DNA of 64,000 nucleotides from Oscillospiraceae bacterium (GCA_017397835.1 JAFQHV010000007.1:9962-73961), one strand, 5' to 3'. Positions 47,534 through 57,540 are shown, counted from the stretch's first letter. Notes: generated by a model from the sequence alone, not told the origin. Translations and numbers: made by a program.

Positions 47534-48430
47534 TTACTTCAGCAGGTTCATGCGTTGCATGGACCGGCGCAGAGTCTCCAGATTCTTCTCACCCATATCA
47601 CACAGGGGCAGGCGCAGAGGACCGGCCTGCATACCAAGCAGGTTCATGGCGGCCTTGATGGGGATGGGGTTGACCTCGATGAACAGCGCGTCGATCAGGT
47701 CCATGTACTGGATCTGCAGCTTGGAGGCGGCCTCGAAGTCGTTTTCCAGACACAGATGGCTCATGCGGATCATGATCTCGGGGATGATGTTGGAGGCCAC
47801 GGAAATCACGCCCTTGGCGCCCAGCGCCATCATGGGGACTACCTGGTCGTCGTTGCCGGACCAAATGTAAAAGTCCTCGGGGCATACACAGCGGGTGTGG
47901 GCCAGCAGGGAGAAGTTACCGCTGGCTTCCTTTACGCCGTTGATGCGGGGGTGCTGAGCCAAGGTCTTGTAGGTGTCGGCGGTGAAGGACACGCCGGTGC
48001 GGCCGGGCACGTTATACAGGATCATGGGCAGCTCGGTGCGGTCGGCGATATACTCGTAGTGCTTGATGAGGCCGGTTTGGCTGGCCTTGTTGTAGTAGGG
48101 AGTGACCAGCAGGGCGGCATCGGCGCCGGACTCCTGCGCGTGCTGGGTCAGGTAAACGGCGGCGGAGGTGTCGTTGCTGCCGGTGCCGGCAATGACCTTG
48201 ACACGGTGATCGACACGCTTGACACAGTACTCCACGGCAGCGATATGCTCGCGGATGGACATGGTAGCGGACTCGCCGGTGGTTCCGCAGACACACACCG
48301 CATCCACGCCGGCGGCGATCTGGGCATCGATCAGCTTGCCGAAAGCGTCGTAATTGATGCTGCCGTCGTTGTTAAAGGGGGTGACCAGCGCGGGGCAGTT
48401 ACCGGTGAAAACAGGAGTTCTCATATTCAT
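47534..48430 (-). CDS. dapA: 4-hydroxy-tetrahydrodipicolinate synthase
   Basis: Contains 'ALVTPF', 'GTTGES', 'VIAGTGSN' and 'YNVPGRT'. The start is ATG 48430 or 48424; the longer 48598 ORF overlaps asd and is rejected. Confidence 0.95.
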   Translation of the reverse strand: MNMRTPVFTGNCPALVTPFNNDGSINYDAFGKLIDAQIAAGVDAVCVCGTTGESATMSIREHIAAVEYCVKRVDHRVKVIAGTGSNDTSAAVYLTQHAQESGADAALLVTPYYNKASQTGLIKHYEYIADRTELPMILYNVPGRTGVSFTADTYKTLAQHPRINGVKEASGNFSLLAHTRCVCPEDFYIWSGNDDQVVPMMALGAKGVISVASNIIPEIMIRMSHLCLENDFEAASKLQIQYMDLIDALFIEVNPIPIKAAMNLLGMQAGPLRLPLCDMGEKNLETLRRSMQRMNLLK

Positions 48431-48456
48431 ACACCCTTTCAAGAAGATGGGAATGC

Positions 48457-49548
48457 TTACTTGCGGTCGATGTAGCCCTCGGCACACAGCAGTTCGGCCA
48501 GCAGGACAGCGCCGCCGGCAGCGCCGCGGAGGGTGTTGTGGGACAGGCCGACGAACTTGTAGTCGTACTGGCTGTCCTCGCGCAGACGGCCCAGGCACAC
48601 GGCCATGCCGTTTTCGGTGTTGCGGTCCAGGTTGGTCTGGGGGCGATTATCCTCTTCAAAGTAATGGAGGAACTGCTTGGGGGCGGAGGGCAGCTCCAAC
48701 TCCTGGGCACGGCCGCTGAAGTTGGCCCAGTCGGCTTTGATCTGCTCAATGGAGGGCTTGCGGCCGTCCTTGAACTTCATAAACACGGCGGCCATGTGGC
48801 CGTCCTGACAGGCGACGCGGAAGCATTGGGCGGTGATGGCGGGGCCGGCAGCCTTGACGATCTTGCCATCGGCAATTTCGCCCCACAGCTTCAGAGGCTC
48901 CTGCTCGCTCTTCTCTTCCTCGCCGCCGATGTAGGGGATGCAGTTATCCACCATCTCGGGCCAGCGCTCGAAGGTCTTGCCGGCACCGGAAATGGCCTGA
49001 TAGGTGCAGACCAGAGCGGACTCCAGGCCGTACTTCTTCAGGGGGTGCAGGGCGGGGACGTAGCTCTGCAGAGAGCAGTTGGACTTGACGGCGATGAAGC
49101 CGCGCTTGGTGCCCAGACGCTTGCGCTGGGCGGCGATGACGTTGATGTGCTCGGGGTTGATCTCGGGCACCACCATGGGCACGTCGTCGGTCCAGCGGTG
49201 AGCGGAGTTGTTGGACACCACGGGGCACTCGGCCTTGGCGTAGGTTTCCTCCAGAGCGCGGATCTCGTCCTTCTTCATATCAACAGCGCAGAAGACGAAG
49301 TCCACAGCAGCGGCGATCTTCTCCACGTCTTCGGTGGCGTTCATGACGATCAAAGACTTGGCCTGCTCGGGGATGGGGGTGGTCATAGCCCAGCGACCGG
49401 CGACGGCCTGCTCGTAGGTTTGGCCGGCGGAGCGGGGGCTGGCGGCGATAACGGTCAGATCGAACCAGGGATGGTTTTCCATCAGGGTAACAAAGCGCTG
49501 ACCCACCATGCCGGTGCCGCCGATAATACCAACTTTATACTTGTTCAT
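48457..49548 (-). CDS. asd: Aspartate-semialdehyde dehydrogenase
   Basis: 363 aa with 'VGIIGGTGMVGQRF', active-site 'SNCS' and C-terminal 'HNTLRGAAGGAV'. Confidence 0.95.
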   Translation of the reverse strand: MNKYKVGIIGGTGMVGQRFVTLMENHPWFDLTVIAASPRSAGQTYEQAVAGRWAMTTPIPEQAKSLIVMNATEDVEKIAAAVDFVFCAVDMKKDEIRALEETYAKAECPVVSNNSAHRWTDDVPMVVPEINPEHINVIAAQRKRLGTKRGFIAVKSNCSLQSYVPALHPLKKYGLESALVCTYQAISGAGKTFERWPEMVDNCIPYIGGEEEKSEQEPLKLWGEIADGKIVKAAGPAITAQCFRVACQDGHMAAVFMKFKDGRKPSIEQIKADWANFSGRAQELELPSAPKQFLHYFEEDNRPQTNLDRNTENGMAVCLGRLREDSQYDYKFVGLSHNTLRGAAGGAVLLAELLCAEGYIDRK

Positions 49549-49788
49549 TGTCCATCGTTCCTTTCACGCATCGTTGGATGCGGTTAATGTGTTTGGAAAA
49601 ATCAAGTAAATGTATGCAGGGGAAAAGTCGGTGTTGCCAAGTCGCTGGAAACTCGGTATAATAAGCGGCAGAGAAACACGAACTTCGACTGCAAACGATA
49701 CTACTATTGTTAATTTATAATGATACCACGGCCGATCATATCTGTCAATGAACAGAGCGTTGGTGTATTTGGAGAATTGGAGCGGTTT

Positions 49789-51621
49789 ATGAGCCTGAAA
49801 ATAAGACAATTTGTGACCTTGCTGCTGGCGCTTTTGCTGTGTGCCGGGTCGGTGCGCGCGCTGCCGGAATACGAGGTTGATAATGATACCTACATTCCCC
49901 AACAGGAACAGTCCGGCACATGGGAGGAAGATCCCAATCTGCAGCAGGAAGATGCGGAAACGGAAGGAGAAACGGATCCGTATCTTGATATGAAAATTGC
50001 AGTCGGTCTTGCCTGGTCGGGCAGTAAGCACGGGGTACTGCATGAGGCCAAACTGCTGATCGCCGATGGGTTTGGCAGCGGCTACCGCTTCGGTTTATTT
50101 GACGAGGAACGCGAGTTTGTGGAGCTGGCCAGAAATGAGAGTGTTCGTGCTTTGAGCATGGTCAAAACCACAAATCTTTACCTTGCGGGTGAAACGTTCT
50201 ATACGAAGGCACCGTCCGGCCAACACAGTGTCCTTGGCTGCTACCATCTCAGGCATCCTGCCGATTTTGACAGTTTTGAGTCTGCGCAGCAGGCTGCTTC
50301 CGAAATTGACGGTGCGTTCGTTGCCTGGATCGACGGTGTGTATCAGGTGCGCGTTGGGTCGTACACAAACGGCGAGGCGGCGCGCACGGCAGCGGCGGAA
50401 TACGCCGATGGAACGTGGACGATATGTTACACGACCAAGTTCGGCGTAAACGTTGTGGAAACCGGAACCACGGACATTTTGTTCCAGTTTGACGGGGGCG
50501 AACAGCGGCAGCTTGGTGTCGTTCCTGGACTTTCGGATGACGATCCGCGCCCGACCTGGTTCAAAGGGTATAAATATTACGGTGGCTTCCGATATCAGCG
50601 CATAGGCGGCGGAGATATCACGGTGGTCAACATCCTGCCCCTTGATTTATATTTGAAGGGGGTCGTCCCGTATGAGTCGGTCAAGATCTGGCCTTTGGAA
50701 ACGCTGAAGGCGCAGGCTCTGTGCGCCAAAAACTATGCCCTGATCAACCGCAACAAGCACAACGGAAACGGCTTTGACGTGTGCAATACCACAGACTGCC
50801 AGGTGTATTACGGCGCGGGCAGCGGCAACATGTTTCCCAGTGAATTGAGCGATCGGGCCGTGGATGAAGTGCGCGGGATGTACGTATGGTACGGGGAGAA
50901 GCTTGCTCACACGTATTTTTACTCCAGCAACGGCGGGGGATCCGAGGATGTGTCCCGCGTATGGGGCAGCAACCAGGCTACCTATCCCTATCTTGCGGGA
51001 GTTGAGGACATCTACGAGGTCCAGTTTGCTGACGTGATCCCCAATTACTATTTTTCCAACACATTTACAAGGGAACAGTTAACGGATATCCTGCACGCAA
51101 AAGGATATGCGATGAACACAAACGTGGTTGATTTTCAAGTGACGGAACAGTCACGAACCGGTAATGCGCTGGAAGTCAAGTTTACGTATGAAAACGGGAA
51201 GAGCAACACGTTTTCGGCCAATAAAAGCAGTTGGCTGCGCAGTAAATTAGGGTGTCGTTCGCTGCATTTTACGGTGATGCGCGGCGGGGAAATTCCACCG
51301 GAAGCCTGTCTGGTCAATGGTGATCAGACACTTGACAGAGTGGATGGATTGTTTGTGTTGGGCGGGGATGGACAACTGACCCAACTCAATGGCGTGGTTC
51401 CGTATGCCATTACGGGCGCGGGCGACGTGGTATCCACCGGGACGACATCTCCTGTTTCGGAGAACACGTTCCTGGTCAGCGGCAGCGGCTGGGGGCATAA
51501 CGTCGGTTACAGCCAATGGGGCGGCTACGCTATGGCCCAGCTTGGCTATACCTGCGAGGAAATACTGGAATTTTACTTCACCGGAGTTCATGTTGGTGAA
51601 AAAATTGAGGGAGCGCTTTGA
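49789..51621 (+). CDS. SpoIID/LytB domain-containing protein (with SPOR-like region)
   Basis: ATG 49789 after a GGAG SD, with a signal peptide. 'YLKGVVPYE...[15 protein letters not shown]...[12 protein letters not shown]' is the SpoIID signature. Confidence 0.85.
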   Translation: MSLKIRQFVTLLLALLLCAGSVRALPEYEVDNDTYIPQQEQSGTWEEDPNLQQEDAETEGETDPYLDMKIAVGLAWSGSKHGVLHEAKLLIADGFGSGYRFGLFDEEREFVELARNESVRALSMVKTTNLYLAGETFYTKAPSGQHSVLGCYHLRHPADFDSFESAQQAASEIDGAFVAWIDGVYQVRVGSYTNGEAARTAAAEYADGTWTICYTTKFGVNVVETGTTDILFQFDGGEQRQLGVVPGLSDDDPRPTWFKGYKYYGGFRYQRIGGGDITVVNILPLDLYLKGVVPYESVKIWPLETLKAQALCAKNYALINRNKHNGNGFDVCNTTDCQVYYGAGSGNMFPSELSDRAVDEVRGMYVWYGEKLAHTYFYSSNGGGSEDVSRVWGSNQATYPYLAGVEDIYEVQFADVIPNYYFSNTFTREQLTDILHAKGYAMNTNVVDFQVTEQSRTGNALEVKFTYENGKSNTFSANKSSWLRSKLGCRSLHFTVMRGGEIPPEACLVNGDQTLDRVDGLFVLGGDGQLTQLNGVVPYAITGAGDVVSTGTTSPVSENTFLVSGSGWGHNVGYSQWGGYAMAQLGYTCEEILEFYFTGVHVGEKIEGAL

Positions 51622-52640
51622 AAACATCTGATTTTAACTTTGACCTGCCTCAGGAACTGATCGCGCAAACGCCGCTGGAACAGCGGGATGCGTCGCGCCT
51701 GCTGATGCTGGATAAATCCAGCGGAGAGATCCGCCATGGGGTGTTTACCGACCTGCTGGACCGGCTTGAGCCGGGGGACTGCATGGTGCTGAACAACTCA
51801 CGCGTGTTGCCGGCGAGATTGATTGGCCACCGGCCTACTGGCGGTGCGTGTGAGGTTCTGCTGCTCATTAATCGCGATGACAATGTATGGGAGTGCTTGG
51901 TGCGCCCCGGACGAAAGCTGAAAGAGGGGGCAACGGTCATCTTCGGCGACGGAGAACTGACGGCTACCATCGTAGGCGAAGTTGCAGGCGGAAATCGGCT
52001 GGTCCGATTTGCATATGAGGGGATATTTCTTGAGGTTTTGGAGCAGCTTGGTCGTATGCCGCTGCCGCCCTATATTACAGCGGAACTTGAGGACTCTGAA
52101 CGCTATCAGACGGTCTATTCCAAGGTGAGCGGTTCTGCTGCCGCCCCCACCGCGGGGCTGCATTTTACACCGGAACTGCTGAAAAAGATTGAGGATAAGG
52201 GTGTAAAGCTTTGCTACGTTACACTTCATGTAGGACTAGGAACATTTCGGCCTGTTAAGGCGGAACGTATCGACGAACACGAGATGCACTCGGAGTACTG
52301 CGTCATCCCGCAGGAAACGGCAGACGTTGTAAATGAAACCAAGGCAAACGGCGGCCGCGTTATCTGTGTTGGAACCACGTCCTGCCGTACGGTGGAAAGC
52401 TGGGGAAACGAGGATGGGACACTGCGGGCCGGTGCCGGCTGGACGAACATCTTCATTTATCCCGGATATCGGTTTAAGGTGCTGGATGCGCTGGTGACCA
52501 ATTTCCACCTGCCGGAGTCCACGCTGATCATGCTGGTTTCTGCGCTGGCCGGACGTGAAAATGTTTTAGAGGCGTACCGACAGGCGGTTGAGGAGCGATA
52601 TCGCTTTTTCTCCTTCGGTGATGCCATGTTTATTTCGTAA
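51618..52640 (+). CDS. queA: S-adenosylmethionine:tRNA ribosyltransferase-isomerase
   Basis: TTG start overlapping the upstream stop (TTGA). Contains '[14 protein letters not shown]...RDASRLL' and '[10 protein letters not shown]'. Confidence 0.96.
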   Translation: MKTSDFNFDLPQELIAQTPLEQRDASRLLMLDKSSGEIRHGVFTDLLDRLEPGDCMVLNNSRVLPARLIGHRPTGGACEVLLLINRDDNVWECLVRPGRKLKEGATVIFGDGELTATIVGEVAGGNRLVRFAYEGIFLEVLEQLGRMPLPPYITAELEDSERYQTVYSKVSGSAAAPTAGLHFTPELLKKIEDKGVKLCYVTLHVGLGTFRPVKAERIDEHEMHSEYCVIPQETADVVNETKANGGRVICVGTTSCRTVESWGNEDGTLRAGAGWTNIFIYPGYRFKVLDALVTNFHLPESTLIMLVSALAGRENVLEAYRQAVEERYRFFSFGDAMFIS

Positions 52641-52655
52641 ACGGGAGAGAATGCT

Positions 52656-53789
52656 GTGTTTCAAGTGCTGAAAACAGAGGGGAAGGCCCGGCGTGGACAG
52701 TTTGAATGTGCCCACGGTACCGTGCAGACCCCCGTATTTATGAATGTGGGCACGCAGGGTGCCATTAAAGGCGCGGTGTCTGCCCATGATTTGAAAGAGG
52801 TCGGCTGTCAGGTTGAGCTGTCCAACACCTATCACCTGCATTTGCGGCCCGGGGATGAAGTTGTGCGCCACTTCGGTGGACTGCACAAGTTCATGGACTG
52901 GGATGGCCCGATTTTGACCGACAGCGGCGGGTTCCAGGTGTTTTCCTTGTCGGGACTGCGCAAGATCACCGAGGAGGGGGTCACCTTTGCCTCCCACATC
53001 GACGGCAAGCGCATTTTTATGGGGCCGGAGGAGTCGATGCGCATCCAGTCCAACCTGGGCAGTGACATTGCCATGGCCTTTGATGAGTGTGTGGAAAACC
53101 CTGCGCCTCACGAATACGTAAAAGCCTCCTGCGAACGAACTCTGCGCTGGCTGGAGCGTTGCAAGGCGGAGCATGACAGGCTAAACTCCTTGTCGGATAC
53201 TGTCAATCCGAGGCAGATGCTGTTCGGCATCAATCAGGGCGGAACCCACCCGGATCTGCGTATTTGGCATATGCAGGAAACAGCTAAAATCGACTGTGAC
53301 GGCTATGCCATCGGTGGTCTTGCGGTGGGCGAACCCACCCAGACGATGTACGATATCATTGATGCGGTGGAGCCGTTTATGCCGAAGGATAGACCTCGGT
53401 ACTTGATGGGGGTGGGTACGCCCTCCAACATCATTGAGGGTGTGGCCCGGGGCGTTGACTTCTTTGACTGTGTTATGCCTGCTCGGAATGCCCGCCATGG
53501 CAAACTGTTTACCTGGCAGGGGACGATCAACATCAAGAACGAGAAGTATAAGCTGGATGAGCGTCCCATAAGCGAAGGGTGTGGCTGCCCTGCCTGCCGA
53601 AGCTTCTCGCGGGGGTATATCCGGCATCTGCTCAATGCGGGTGAGATGCTGGCCATGCGATTGCTTGTGCTGCACAATCTGTACTTCTACAATGAGCTGA
53701 TGGCGCGTATTCGTCAGGCTCTGGACGAGGGACGATTTGAGGCGTTCCGGCGGGAGTATTCCGAAAAACTGGGCAAGCCTGCGCTTTGA
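52656..53789 (+). CDS. tgt: tRNA-guanine transglycosylase
   Basis: GTG start. Contains 'TPVFMNVGT', 'TDSGGFQV' and Zn site 'CGCPAC'. Confidence 0.97.
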   Translation: MFQVLKTEGKARRGQFECAHGTVQTPVFMNVGTQGAIKGAVSAHDLKEVGCQVELSNTYHLHLRPGDEVVRHFGGLHKFMDWDGPILTDSGGFQVFSLSGLRKITEEGVTFASHIDGKRIFMGPEESMRIQSNLGSDIAMAFDECVENPAPHEYVKASCERTLRWLERCKAEHDRLNSLSDTVNPRQMLFGINQGGTHPDLRIWHMQETAKIDCDGYAIGGLAVGEPTQTMYDIIDAVEPFMPKDRPRYLMGVGTPSNIIEGVARGVDFFDCVMPARNARHGKLFTWQGTINIKNEKYKLDERPISEGCGCPACRSFSRGYIRHLLNAGEMLAMRLLVLHNLYFYNELMARIRQALDEGRFEAFRREYSEKLGKPAL

Positions 53790-53804
53790 TTTCGAAAATT
53801 GGTC

Positions 53805-53833
53805 TTGCAAATCAGGGCAAAGACCGTTATAAT
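53805..53833 (+). promoter_or_regulatory. Sigma-A-type promoter for yajC
   Basis: TTGCAA-17 nt-TATAAT, a consensus-like match, about 50 nt upstream of the yajC start. Confidence 0.65.
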
Positions 53834-53882
53834 AAGCCGTAACATCTGGGATGTAAACTAAATTTTGGAGGAATTATTTATC

Positions 53883-54161
53883 ATGGGAAACGCGTCTCCT
53901 ATTCTGCTGATGGTGCTGCTGTTTGGCGCCATGTATTTCTTTATGATCCGTCCGGAAAACAAAAAGCGTAAGGCTGCCGAGCAGATGCGCAACTCTTTGG
54001 CGGTTGGTGATGTGATCACCACCATCGGCGGCATCGTTGGTACGGTCTGCGCCGTGAAGGAAAACACCATTGTGATCGAGACCGGTGCCGACCGCGTGCG
54101 TGTGGAGTTTACCAAGTGGGCTGTGTCCTCCAAGGGCACCGAGGCTGCCCCTGCCAAGTAA
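53883..54161 (+). CDS. yajC: Preprotein translocase subunit YajC
   Basis: ATG 53883 after a GGAGG SD. Contains 'LLFGAMYFFMIRPENKKRK' and 'GDVITTIGGIVGTV'. Confidence 0.93.
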   Translation: MGNASPILLMVLLFGAMYFFMIRPENKKRKAAEQMRNSLAVGDVITTIGGIVGTVCAVKENTIVIETGADRVRVEFTKWAVSSKGTEAAPAK

Positions 54162-54182
54162 ATCAAATTAACGGAATATCAG

Positions 54183-54221
54183 CACCTCCTTTGCATAGGC
54201 TTGTGCAGAGGAGGTGTTTTT
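54183..54221 (+). terminator. Intrinsic terminator after yajC whose 3' arm contains the SD of the next gene
   Basis: 13-bp stem CACCTCCTTTGCA / TGCAGAGGAGGTG with an 8-nt loop, followed by TTTTT. AGGAGGT in the descending arm lies 7 nt before GTG 54222. Confidence 0.8.
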
Positions 54222-54644
54222 GTGTCAAACGGTAAGGAAGCAAAACGGGGTCCCTGCGCATGGACGGATATGATGATCGAACTGCTGAAAGGCGGGGGGC
54301 TGGCGGTTGGAGTGGCGGTAACGGTACTGCTGATGGTTGCCGGGCTGATGACGGTTGGGGTACTGGGCCGAGAGATGGCTGAGAACAGCGTGATGGCTGC
54401 GTGTGTACTGGGCGCCTTAGCGGGAGGCGCGTACGCAATTCGACGCTGCGCGCGGGCAAGACTGGCTGTTGGGGTCGGGGTCGGAGCGGTTGAATTTTTG
54501 ACGGTTTTACTGGTGGGAGCTATATGGTTTGGCGGTACGACTGGGGTAGGGGAGATGTGGCCCGTTCTGACTGCGTGTATCTGTGGTGGATTGCTGGCGG
54601 GGGTGCTGACGGCTGCGAAGCGAGAAGGGCGCCGGAGCCGGTGA
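54222..54644 (+). CDS. Small Gly/Ala-rich integral membrane protein (possibly TIGR04086-like)
   Basis: About 140 aa with 3-4 hydrophobic helices rich in G/A/V and a basic C-terminus. Start is GTG 54222 (SD in the terminator arm) or ATG 54270. Confidence 0.5.
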   Translation: MSNGKEAKRGPCAWTDMMIELLKGGGLAVGVAVTVLLMVAGLMTVGVLGREMAENSVMAACVLGALAGGAYAIRRCARARLAVGVGVGAVEFLTVLLVGAIWFGGTTGVGEMWPVLTACICGGLLAGVLTAAKREGRRSR

Positions 54645-54785
54645 TTACAAGATGTAATTATACAAATAGTATAGCTAAACGAGGGATAGAACAATATTTG
54701 GGGGTGGGGCAACGATTCGGTCGCCCCATATTGAATGCGAGAAGGATTGCTGCTCGTTCACCGACCAAGAGTTTACATAATACTG

Positions 54786-54808
54786 TTGACATAAAGTATT
54801 GACATAAA
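54786..54808 (+). repeat. Tandem direct repeat TTGACATAAA (x2, 13-nt period)
   Basis: TTGACATAAAgtaTTGACATAAA in an AT-rich intergenic region upstream of spoIIM. Confidence 0.9.
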
Positions 54809-54839
54809 TGACAAAAATGCCGAAAAATTCGAAAAAAGC

Positions 54840-54868
54840 TTGCTTGCGGCGAAAAATATCGGTATAGT
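54840..54868 (+). promoter_or_regulatory. Sigma-A-type promoter upstream of spoIIM leader
   Basis: TTGCTT-17 nt-TATAGT, about 110 nt upstream of the spoIIM start. Confidence 0.45.
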
Positions 54869-54900
54869 GTATTCAAAGCGGAGATTTGTTTGAAGTCATT

Positions 54901-54945
54901 CCGGTGTCCGTCTGCAGATGGTGCGCCGGAAGGTCTATTTTTTTC
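54901..54945 (+). promoter_or_regulatory. Leader hairpin plus U-tract (possible attenuator) upstream of spoIIM
   Basis: CCGGTGTCCGTC-TGCA-GATGGTGCGCCGG: about 12 bp including G-U pairs. An 8-nt spacer and then TTTTTTT follow. Confidence 0.3.
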
Positions 54946-54978
54946 GCCTCTTTCATAGAGTTTTTTGAGGTGAAGAAG

Positions 54979-55599
54979 ATGAAACGAACACGCCGTTTGA
55001 AGGTGAATCTGCTTTCGGGACGTGCCGCTGCCCTTTGGCTTCTCTGCATACTGTATTTGACAGGAAGTATAGTCGGTTGTACGACTGCGGGACTTTTGGA
55101 TGCGGAGAATTGCGGTGCTTTGTTGGAACGCTTTGATGCATATTTTCTGACGCTGCAGCAGGATGGGGATCCTATTCAGATCTTACCCCTTTTTTGGCGT
55201 GTGATGCGTGTGCCTTTGGCGGCTTTTTTACTTGGCTTGACTGCGCTTGGAATCGTTGGTTTACCGGTACTGTTTGCGGTGCGTGGATTTTCACTGGCCT
55301 ATGCGGTGGCGGTTCTCTATCGGTTAATGGGAGTGCAGGGACTTGCGCTGGGTGGTTGTCTGTTTGGCGTATCTGCGCTTGTCTGGATTCCGGCGCTGTT
55401 TGGCCTTGGCGTATCGGGGATCACCAATTCCTATGGTTTGCTGCGCCGGGTGACCGGTGATGGACGCTATCCGTTGCCCTCGGGGGTAGGCGGATACTGG
55501 CTGTGCTGCGGCGGTTGCGCCGGTGCTGTGCTGGTGTGCCTGGGAATAGAATGTACACTGGTCCCGATGTTGGTTAAGCTGATTATGCAGTTGTTTTAA
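54979..55599 (+). CDS. spoIIM: Stage II sporulation protein M
   Basis: ATG 54979 after a GAGGTG SD. Multi-TM protein. 'LGIVGLPVLFAVRGF' and the C-terminal 'LVPMLVKLIMQ' parallel B. subtilis SpoIIM blocks (from memory). Confidence 0.65.
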   Translation: MKRTRRLKVNLLSGRAAALWLLCILYLTGSIVGCTTAGLLDAENCGALLERFDAYFLTLQQDGDPIQILPLFWRVMRVPLAAFLLGLTALGIVGLPVLFAVRGFSLAYAVAVLYRLMGVQGLALGGCLFGVSALVWIPALFGLGVSGITNSYGLLRRVTGDGRYPLPSGVGGYWLCCGGCAGAVLVCLGIECTLVPMLVKLIMQLF

Positions 55600-55615
55600 T
55601 TTGATTTACAGAAAG

Positions 55616-56506
55616 ATGGACGAAGACATGGATTTGCTGGCGGTATACGAACGATACCTGAAAACTGAAAAGAAGGCATCGGCCAACACGGTCAGCTCTT
55701 ATATGCGCGATGTGCAGCAGTTTGCCTCCAGTATGGAGAAACAGCGGATCCCGCTGACTGAGGTAATGCACGCGGATGTGGAGCGGTATTGCCAGGGTAT
55801 GGTGCATGTTGGCAAGTCTGCCGCCACGGTCACGCGTGCCATGGCATCCATCAAGTCCTTTTATACCTGCCTGCAGAAGACCGGCTATGCAAGCGGAAAC
55901 CCTGCCCGCAGCGTGACAACGGAGAAAGTGGACCGCAAGTTGCCGCAGATCCTTTCCGGTAAGGAAGTGGAGCTGTTTTTGGCACAGCCCAGCGGGACGG
56001 ACCTGAAAGGACTGCGTGACCGGGCTATGTTGGAACTGCTGTATGCCACCGGGATCCGTGTCAGCGAACTGATCGGGTTGACGCTGGAAGATATTAACCT
56101 TGATGGTGGTTTTTTGCGCTGCTGCTCCAAGGAGAAGGAGCGCGTTATCCCGCTTTATCCTGCCGCCGTGCGCGCGCTGCGCGACTACATAAAAAAGGTT
56201 CGCCCCCAACTGATCGAAGATGCGGATCAGCGCATTCTGTTTGTCAATATGACAGGGGAGCCGATGTCCCGTCAGGGTTTTTGGAAGCTGGTCAAGAGCT
56301 ATCAGGAAAAGGCGGGGATCACAAAGGAGATCACACCTCACACCCTGCGCCATTCCTTTGCGGCGCACCTGCTGGAGAACGGTGCGGATCTGCACTCCAT
56401 TCAGGAGATGCTGGGTCATGCGGATATTTCGTCCACTCAGATCTATTCCCAGCTGGTCAATCAAAAGCTGAAAAATATCTACAACAAGGCCCATCCAAGG
56501 GCGTAA
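55616..56506 (+). CDS. xerD: Site-specific tyrosine recombinase XerD
   Basis: Contains 'ANTVSSYMRDV', 'LLYATGIRVSELIGL', 'HTLRHSFAAHLL' and 'LGHADISSTQIY'. The start is uncertain (TTG 55601, ATG 55616 or 55628). Confidence 0.88.
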   Translation: MDEDMDLLAVYERYLKTEKKASANTVSSYMRDVQQFASSMEKQRIPLTEVMHADVERYCQGMVHVGKSAATVTRAMASIKSFYTCLQKTGYASGNPARSVTTEKVDRKLPQILSGKEVELFLAQPSGTDLKGLRDRAMLELLYATGIRVSELIGLTLEDINLDGGFLRCCSKEKERVIPLYPAAVRALRDYIKKVRPQLIEDADQRILFVNMTGEPMSRQGFWKLVKSYQEKAGITKEITPHTLRHSFAAHLLENGADLHSIQEMLGHADISSTQIYSQLVNQKLKNIYNKAHPRA

Positions 56507-56507
56507 G

Positions 56508-56537
56508 AAATCCCGAACCAAACGGTTCGGGATTTTT
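56508..56537. terminator. Bidirectional intrinsic terminator
   Basis: AAATCCCGAACC-AAAC-GGTTCGGGATTTTT between convergent xerD and ridA. Confidence 0.88.
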
Positions 56538-56545
56538 GTTTGTGT

Positions 56546-56923
56546 TTACTTTGCTGCGACCAGTTCGATCTCAATGCGGGCACCGGCAGGCAGGGCGGCA
56601 ACCTGCACGCAGGACCGGGCGGGTGGCTGGGCGGAAAAGCGGGTGGCGTAGATGCCGTTGACTGTGGAAAAATCGGCCAAATCGGTGAGAAATACGGTGG
56701 TTTTGACCACGTTGGCAAAGGTCATGCCGTTGGCAGCAAGTACCTGTTCCAGATTGCGCAGGACTTGCTCGGTCTGTGCCTCAATGCCGTCGCCGGCCAG
56801 TTTACCGGTGGCGGGATCAAGGCCGATTTGGCCGGAGGTATACAGCAAATCACCCACGGCAACCGCGTGAGAATAGGGGCCAAGCGCGACGGGGGCATTG
56901 ACAGCGGTGATGACGGTTTTCAT
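56546..56923 (-). CDS. ridA: RidA family protein (YjgF/endoribonuclease L-PSP fold)
   Basis: 125 aa with 'APVALGPYSHAV', 'SGQIGLDP.TG' and 'PAGARIEIE'. Confidence 0.92.
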   Translation of the reverse strand: MKTVITAVNAPVALGPYSHAVAVGDLLYTSGQIGLDPATGKLAGDGIEAQTEQVLRNLEQVLAANGMTFANVVKTTVFLTDLADFSTVNGIYATRFSAQPPARSCVQVAALPAGARIEIELVAAK

Positions 56924-56938
56924 ATAGCTAACATCCTT

Positions 56939-57502
56939 TCACAGTGACTTCTCATAGCACAGCAGATCCACGCCCTCGATACCGTTGAAGGTGCATGGGA
57001 CAACGCCGACTTCGTGATAACCCAGCTTGGGGTACAGGGCACGGCCGGGTCTGTTGGTAAAATTGGTGTCCAGCCGCAGGCAGGTGCAGCCCTGCCGGGC
57101 GGCATACTGTTCATAAAAGCGGACAAATTGGGTGGCGATACCGCGACCTTGCATATCGGGGTGGACGGCCATGGTGTGCAGCACCATGACCTTGTCCGGC
57201 GGGGCAAGGATGGTCCAGGGGGCTCGGGAGTATTCCTCTGCCTGCACCTGGTTGATCCGGGCAGCGGCGGCGATCCTCCCGTCCTGTTCACAGACGAACA
57301 GAACCCCCTCGTCCAGACTGGAGAGGAACAGCTCCGGGGTGGGATAGATGCCCCGGACCCAGCCAACACTGGTGCGGCCGGACTCTTCGCCCTCCAAAAC
57401 GGCGTCGTAAATGGCCCAAATGCCGTCCAAATCGGCGGCGGTTGCTTTGCGGAACACACCATCAACTCCCGGATGAAAATCAGTGAAAGAAGCATACCAC
57501 AA
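56939..57502 (-). CDS. GNAT family N-acetyltransferase
   Basis: Contains 'V.PD.QGRGIAT.FV' acetyl-CoA motif A. An alternative GTG start at 57457 (MFRKAT...) follows a GGGAG SD. Confidence 0.8.
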   Translation of the reverse strand: MWYASFTDFHPGVDGVFRKATAADLDGIWAIYDAVLEGEESGRTSVGWVRGIYPTPELFLSSLDEGVLFVCEQDGRIAAAARINQVQAEEYSRAPWTILAPPDKVMVLHTMAVHPDMQGRGIATQFVRFYEQYAARQGCTCLRLDTNFTNRPGRALYPKLGYHEVGVVPCTFNGIEGVDLLCYEKSL

Positions 57503-57540
57503 ATGCCCACTTTATTCAAGGCAAGACGTGCAATTTTTCC

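Noticed and set aside
49549-49788. Possible lysine (L-box) riboswitch in the 240-nt region upstream of the asd-dapA-dapB operon.
   Set aside because: I read the minus strand and found none of the conserved L-box elements: no GAGGCGC-type 5' core and no multi-helix junction pattern. I saw only a short hairpin (CGCATC-CAAC-GATGCG) next to the SD. The region also has to hold the divergent SpoIID-like gene promoter. An Infernal scan would settle the question.
55616-56506. Tyrosine recombinase as a marker of an integrated mobile element.
   Set aside because: It has XerD-type motifs and length. It sits in the conserved spoIIM-xerD context between housekeeping genes. No flanking direct repeats, cargo genes or tRNA-adjacent att site are present. 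I treat it as the chromosomal dimer-resolution recombinase.
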